A DNA stretch of 64,000 nucleotides, taken from contig OZ025795.1 in the NCBI GenBank assembly GCA_964019425.1, positions 1,178,001 through 1,242,000 of the forward strand, read 5' to 3'. Numbering within the stretch: position 1 is the first letter of the stretch; the number at the start of each line of letters is the position of its first letter. The notes below the pieces were generated by a model. It searched no databases. It was given only the letters and a program-made list of their open reading frames with translations, and was not told where the DNA came from. The position numbers were made by a program, and so were the translations under genes. This document shows positions 58,608-64,000 of the stretch, piece by piece. The stretch comes from Flectonema sp. DT1601 (lineage: Eukaryota).

Positions 58608-59360
58608 ATGCCCACACCGTACTCTGTTGAGGACTGTTGGTGTAATCATATGCGAACTTGTAGATGTCAATATCGCTTACGAGGAGCAGAATGCAAATTT
58701 TGCCACGTTGATGAATATTCGAGATTAACTCCAACCGAAAGAAAGAAGAAGACGATGAGAGGCATCATGGACAAACATGGTAAGGTATTAAAAGTTCAAT
58801 ATTTAAACGACTTACAGAGATGTATTGCGGAAGGTGAAACATGGCAGTCAATAGCTACATCGATAAGATCGACAGGTTGGGATGGATATGTTTCTGAGGA
58901 TGGTGAAGTTGACTCAACTGAAGACAGTGAAGGATTTGTTGTAGCAATTGTTAAGTTAGTTGTTCACACTTTACACTACGATGTGATTGGAGCAGCTGAT
59001 GTTATGTTTAGAACTGTTACTGTCCTTGAAGACATCTTTCAAAGATGTCTTCAAGACTCGAGTTCACAAACCTCATCAAATCAGTCTGTTCCTCCATCAC
59101 CAGAGATAGTTCCGAGGTATAGTTCTACAAGTGTCACCCCTCTTGAAATGTCTATTTCTGTTGGTGACAATTATTCATACGGGCATTCTACTTGTTGTAC
59201 TCCTGACAATAAAATCTTATTTGATGGCCGCGCTTCACCTGTTGCTACTCCTAACAGTTTTTATAACTTGAACCCTGTTTGGGGTACTGGAATATCTCTT
59301 TTTTACGACGATATCGATCTTGAGGATATGGAGGTGTTCCTGTTAGCAAACAGTTTGTGA
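58608..59360 (+). CDS. Hypothetical protein with N-terminal Cys/His (CCCH-like) cluster
   Basis: 250-aa ORF containing CWCNHMRTCRCQYRLRGAECKFCH. Confidence 0.65.
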   Translation: MPTPYSVEDCWCNHMRTCRCQYRLRGAECKFCHVDEYSRLTPTERKKKTMRGIMDKHGKVLKVQYLNDLQRCIAEGETWQSIATSIRSTGWDGYVSEDGEVDSTEDSEGFVVAIVKLVVHTLHYDVIGAADVMFRTVTVLEDIFQRCLQDSSSQTSSNQSVPPSPEIVPRYSSTSVTPLEMSISVGDNYSYGHSTCCTPDNKILFDGRASPVATPNSFYNLNPVWGTGISLFYDDIDLEDMEVFLLANSL

Positions 59361-59747
59361 AAACTTAAACGCAAAGCCACACTCCAATTATTATGAGTCC
59401 ACACGTAGTGGACGGCTCATCTGCACCTTTCCCCACCTGCCTGTTTAATGTCTGGAACCAGTTAAATGCTGGTTGATTGCCAAGTACTAGTTGTGTGGCG
59501 ACAGTCTATTGCAACCAAATCTGTTTCGAGTCATGTGCGGAAACACATAACTCTGTTGGGGCAACCTGTCATAATTTAAGACTACCGATAGGGGTCACAA
59601 TATTTCAAATTAACGTAAGGTTTTTATTGCTGATTTTCTTCGAAAGTTGGTTCTTTTTCAGACGAATTGGGTTTTGTGCTGCCCCTTCCTTCCAACCGAA
59701 CATCTGTGTTGGTTTGAAGTGGATATGATCTGCTACGAATTCCAGTT

Positions 59748-59792
<45 letters not shown>

Positions 59793-61180
59793 ATTTAACA
59801 AGTATTGTAAGAACGAAAAAGAATGTTGGCAGCACACGTAAACCTCCTTTAGCTTTATCAGTTTAAGTCGGTTCACGGTTTCGTGCACAAACAAAAAACC
59901 AGTGTTATATCATTATTTTCTGTATAGTTGAAGTTAAAGCCAATTCTTTTTTTTTACACTTGTGCCCCCGTCAGCGAGTGTTATTTTTTCAGAGCAATTT
60001 CTTGGCTGCTATTGTCTTCTATAATTGGTGTACTTTGGTACCATATATATTCATTTCCCTTCTCTATGAGAGGATGCCAAATTGGGGGCCGTTGACCAAA
60101 TGGTTTCCTTACTTTTGGCAAGTCTTCATATTCTACCTTTAGTCAACTGAATCATAAATTACTAATTGTTTAATTTAGTTAAATATTTTTTTTCCTCGTA
60201 GTAAATAACATTATTGTTCTTAAAAGGATGAGATCTGTATCCTTGCTTGCGACTGCTTAGTATGTGATAGCGATCTCAAGCTTGGTGACGTATCTCTCTG
60301 TCGAAGATGATTGAAAGGAGCTTTTGCTCAGTTTGAAAATAGATTTATTGCTCCATCGGTTTGAGTATTTATTTTCCCCTGTTTCTACCTCTCCAACTTG
60401 TGTATTTAAAGGTCTCATATTGTAAGCAGTTGACAGGTCTGATGTTAGTTTGTGATGAGTGGCTGTGACTGCTGTCGGTTATCACTTTTATCTGTGCTAG
60501 TGCATTGCATTCTAATCCGCAGAAAAAAAAAAAAAAAAAATGGAATTTTCAAGCGTATTTTGCATAAGTGATTGCAAGGTGATCTTGTTTTTGCTCTGCG
60601 GAGTTTTTTTTCTTCTTTTTTTTTTCCCTTCCCCCTTCTCTTTCATTTTGAGTCCTTTGTAACTGACTTTGTTTTGAAGAAGAGAAAACCTAATAAAGTA
60701 GTACTAGCTGTGAATTATTGCAAGCTGATCCATCTTATATATAAATTATTCATAACCTCATCTATTACACAATCAAACACACCACTTGGCTGACGTCCCC
60801 TTGTTGTGGTTGTAAAGTGATGATAATTTAATATTCTACAAACATATCATTTTCTTTCTTGACCTAAGTAGCAGTTGTGCCGATCGGGAAAAAAAAAAAA
60901 AAGGTGATAAATATCTGTCCTATTTTTTTCACTTCTCTCTATTCAATTACCGATTTATTTTGGTTTTCTTCGGTTTTACACTTATCACTCAATGGATAAT
61001 ATTTCCCTTCCTTCACTTTCTATTGGTTTCTCGCTTATCTGCGACGCTGCACTACTGCCCTGTATGCCTGTGTGGTGTTAGAATAAGTGAGGGATACTTG
61101 TGGTTTGAGTATTGTGTTGCTTTATAAATAATACATCTTTGAACAGGTACGACTAACTATTCTTAAATAAGTACCGAAAA

Positions 61181-61789
61181 ATGAATGGAATGAATGTGAT
61201 GTATAAACTGCTGATTGTAGGCGACAATTTTGTTGGAAAAACATCAATCACGAGGAGATATGTTCACGGTGATTTCTCAAAGAACATGACCACGAGTATT
61301 GCTTTAGATTTCTTGATTAAGAGACTACCAGAAACTAGTGTAGGTGCTGGAGAGACCACTTTACAAATCTGGGATTCCGTGGGAGGATATCGATTCGGCA
61401 GCATGACTCCTATGTACTACCGAAACACTGCTGGTGTGATGATGGTGTTTACCATTGGGGACGAGGAGTCTTTCTCTTCTGTACTCAAATGGAAGACGGA
61501 GATTAGTAAAATATTAGATGATATTCCTTTTGTTTTGATTGCTAATAAATGTGACACCACTCCTCTCTCAAAATTTAAATCAAAAGATGAAATGGATAAG
61601 TTCTCTGAAGAGAATGGTTTCATTAATTGGTTTGAGACATCAGCTCTGAAGAATATCAATGTTGAAGCAGCATTTAAAGACCTTGTAAAACACATCAGAG
61701 CAAACCAGCCTACTGTTGGCACCAACTCTGAGACGATAGTACTTCAAAGGAAACCTGACAATTACAGAGCTGGTTGCTTCGAATGTTAA
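61181..61789 (+). CDS. Divergent Rab32-like GTPase paralogue
   Basis: PLSKFKSKDEMDKFSEENGFINWFETSALKNIN closely matches the 22.6-kb Rab32. G3 reads WDSVGGY. Confidence 0.85.
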   Translation: MNGMNVMYKLLIVGDNFVGKTSITRRYVHGDFSKNMTTSIALDFLIKRLPETSVGAGETTLQIWDSVGGYRFGSMTPMYYRNTAGVMMVFTIGDEESFSSVLKWKTEISKILDDIPFVLIANKCDTTPLSKFKSKDEMDKFSEENGFINWFETSALKNINVEAAFKDLVKHIRANQPTVGTNSETIVLQRKPDNYRAGCFEC

Positions 61790-63113
61790 ATCGGTTTTAA
61801 CAAAAAAAAAAAAAAAATTAATATTACAGTTTGACAACTAAAGCCACTTATTACCTAACTTTCAAAATCCTTTATCTAACTACTATTTTAGCCAATTACC
61901 CGTTTCTTAGTATTTTTTTTTACATATATTTTCTTACTGTCGAGTGATATTGTAAAATGGCAATCTGATCTGTTCATCGATCAGTGTAGCCTCTATGTTG
62001 TTTTTCTTTCCTCCCCAAAAAAAAAAAATATTTTTATTTGATTGCAAAGCAACGATAACTTATTTGAATTGAGTCTTCTGTTTGCTGTGAGTTACCCTCC
62101 TGGAGCACTTATAATATAGAGCAACAGAGATGTTTTAATAACTAAACCACACTAAGTCACTAGTTACACAACTCAATACAGTAACATGCTAAGAATATGG
62201 AAAGAGTAAAGCTTTGAATACTTTCTGAGAGGCGGGCTGGGTGAAATCCAACCATTATTTGTTTGTTGTCCTACAATTTTTTGCATTTGATTTTCTTAGA
62301 TGACTGATTACTATTAGTACTATGCAGGGGTGCCAGGCGCCGAGGGAAGCGTTTTTTATATTATGACAACACGGAAAAAGAGATGTTTATGCAGCTACGT
62401 TAGAAACATTTATTATAAAGTAAAGTCTTCTACGTCATCTGCGGAGTGTTTGCCAATACTAACATTACCCTTTAGTAAACATGGATCATAACTAACGTTT
62501 TATTTATTGTTAACTCTGGTACAATACAGATATTTAGTTCTTCATAAATATACTCAAAACATTCAACCCATCTTTTCTTTTCTGTTTGGTCAGGGAAATT
62601 AATAATTATAACTTGTGAGATCTGCTGGATCTGTCCGCAGCATTGGAGAAGTTAAAACACTTCCAGGAAGTGTTAGTTCTGCTGTGTCGAAAGTTAATCT
62701 GTTTTGTACACAGTGAATAAAGGAAGGTCTGTGAAGAGGGTTTCCGGTACAAAGCCACGCACTTGTACTATTTATACAAATATTATTATATTATATTAAT
62801 GACCAAACTATCACCTTCATTTCTAAGGATACCTTCTTATTATCACAGCCTTGTAGTTGATTGCAACAACAACTCTTCTCGATCACTTTGTAATTAGAAC
62901 ATCACTTTATTTAGTCAATATTGCTTTCTTTGTAAGAATCTAATAACATGGAGCATCCTTGTAGTATTCGATAACCAGACATTAGACAAATCAGGGATCG
63001 TATTTATAATTGTTTCCTCCCGCTTGGCGTTGAAACATTTCCACTTTTTTGCAGCCGTTTCAACACTTGTGAATAACACCTTCTTCTCCTTCAGGAAACT
63101 ACTCAAAACAACA

Positions 63114-64000
63114 ATGCAGGTTTTTGTGACGTGTCCGGATTTGGGATTCCCCGCAGTGTCAGTCACGACTGGTGTTGATTCCCTTGTGAGCGAAGTGTTG
63201 ACGGCGGCGGCTGGGGAGTGGGATGTGGATCCGAACTGTCGTTCGCTGGTGACACGCTTTGCGAAAGTGAGCGACTAGCAGATTGTGGAGTGGTTGGAGA
63301 GAGCGAGTTGGAGATGTGGAAGAAGCGGTTTCGTATATTCAGTAAATGCTGGTTTGTTGATGATTCAAAACGGGAGAAGCTGCTTCGTTGGCTAAGAGAA
63401 CACAATGAGGAATACTTATGCCTTGACACCACAACATTCACAGAGGATGGTTGCCTCAGTATTAAGGGTGATTTGCTTCCTTCTGATGCCGAACGGATTT
63501 CTTTCCGCAATTCAAATCCCGACATCTCAGCCATCTCACAAGTTGTCACTATTGGAAATCGTTTCTTGTATCTTTGTTCACAAATCACTTCTCTTGATCT
63601 TTCAGGTCTTAGTAGTGTCACCACCATTGGAGATGGTTTCTTGCGTGGCTGTTCACAAATCACTTCTGTTGATCTTTCAGGTCTTAGTAGTGTCACCACC
63701 ATTGGAAATGCTTTCTTGCGTGGCTGTTCACAAATCACTTCTCTTGATCTTTCAGGTCTTTGTAGTGTCACCACTATTGGACATAGTTTCTTGTCTCATT
63801 GTTCACAAATCACTTCTCTTGACCTTTTACGTCTTAGTAGTGTCACCACTATTGGAAGTTTTTTCTTGTCTTCCTGCTCGCAAATCACTTCTCTTGATCT
63901 TTCACGTCTTAGTAGTGCCACCACTATTGGAGATGCATTCTTGTGTCACTGTTCACAAATCACTTCTCTTGATCTTTCAGGTCTTAGTAGTGTCACCACC
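63114..64000 (+). pseudogene. BspA-like leucine-rich-repeat protein with ubiquitin-like N-terminal region; frameshift near 63233; runs off the window
   Basis: 75-bp repeats at 63575, 63650, 63725, 63800, 63875, 63950 encode CSQITSLDLSGLSSVTTIGxxFLxx. The N-terminal MQVFV...DSLVSEVL...WDVDP / LSFAGDTL...RLADCGV...ELEM is split across two frames. Confidence 0.75.

Noticed and set aside
63163..63774. 203-aa minus-strand repetitive ORF
   Set aside because: It is the antisense shadow of the + strand LRR repeats.

Overview
AT-rich eukaryotic nuclear DNA. About 20 protein-coding genes all lie on the + strand, with a few short GT-AG introns and T-rich spacers. Together with a euglenozoan-style LSU rRNA motif this suggests a diplonemid-like euglenozoan (inference). 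Recognisable genes: TVP15/COPI-associated protein, VASt protein, Rab34/36-like, Rab32/38 plus a degenerate paralogue, two MFS transporters, HAD phosphatase, AAAP amino-acid transporter, SmF, MAP3K, METTL21-like methyltransferase, GluRS fused to an EMAPII/Trbp111 domain, and an LRR (pseudo)gene. The first 5 kb is a transposon graveyard (piggyBac relic, large foldback with central satellite). The most striking structure is at 46.4-55.3 kb, directly upstream of the only tRNA gene (Ser-GCT, - strand). An old 5'-truncated APE-RT-RNase H LINE is split, with a TTAGCAA duplication, by a near-complete copy of the same family. Just ahead of that copy's ORF1 sits a 1.2 kb element with 47-bp TIRs and a 9-bp duplication, carrying an LSU rRNA fragment and tRNA-like Pol III boxes. 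This looks like a tRNA-gene-targeted insertion system. All family calls come from motif recognition; no searches were run.
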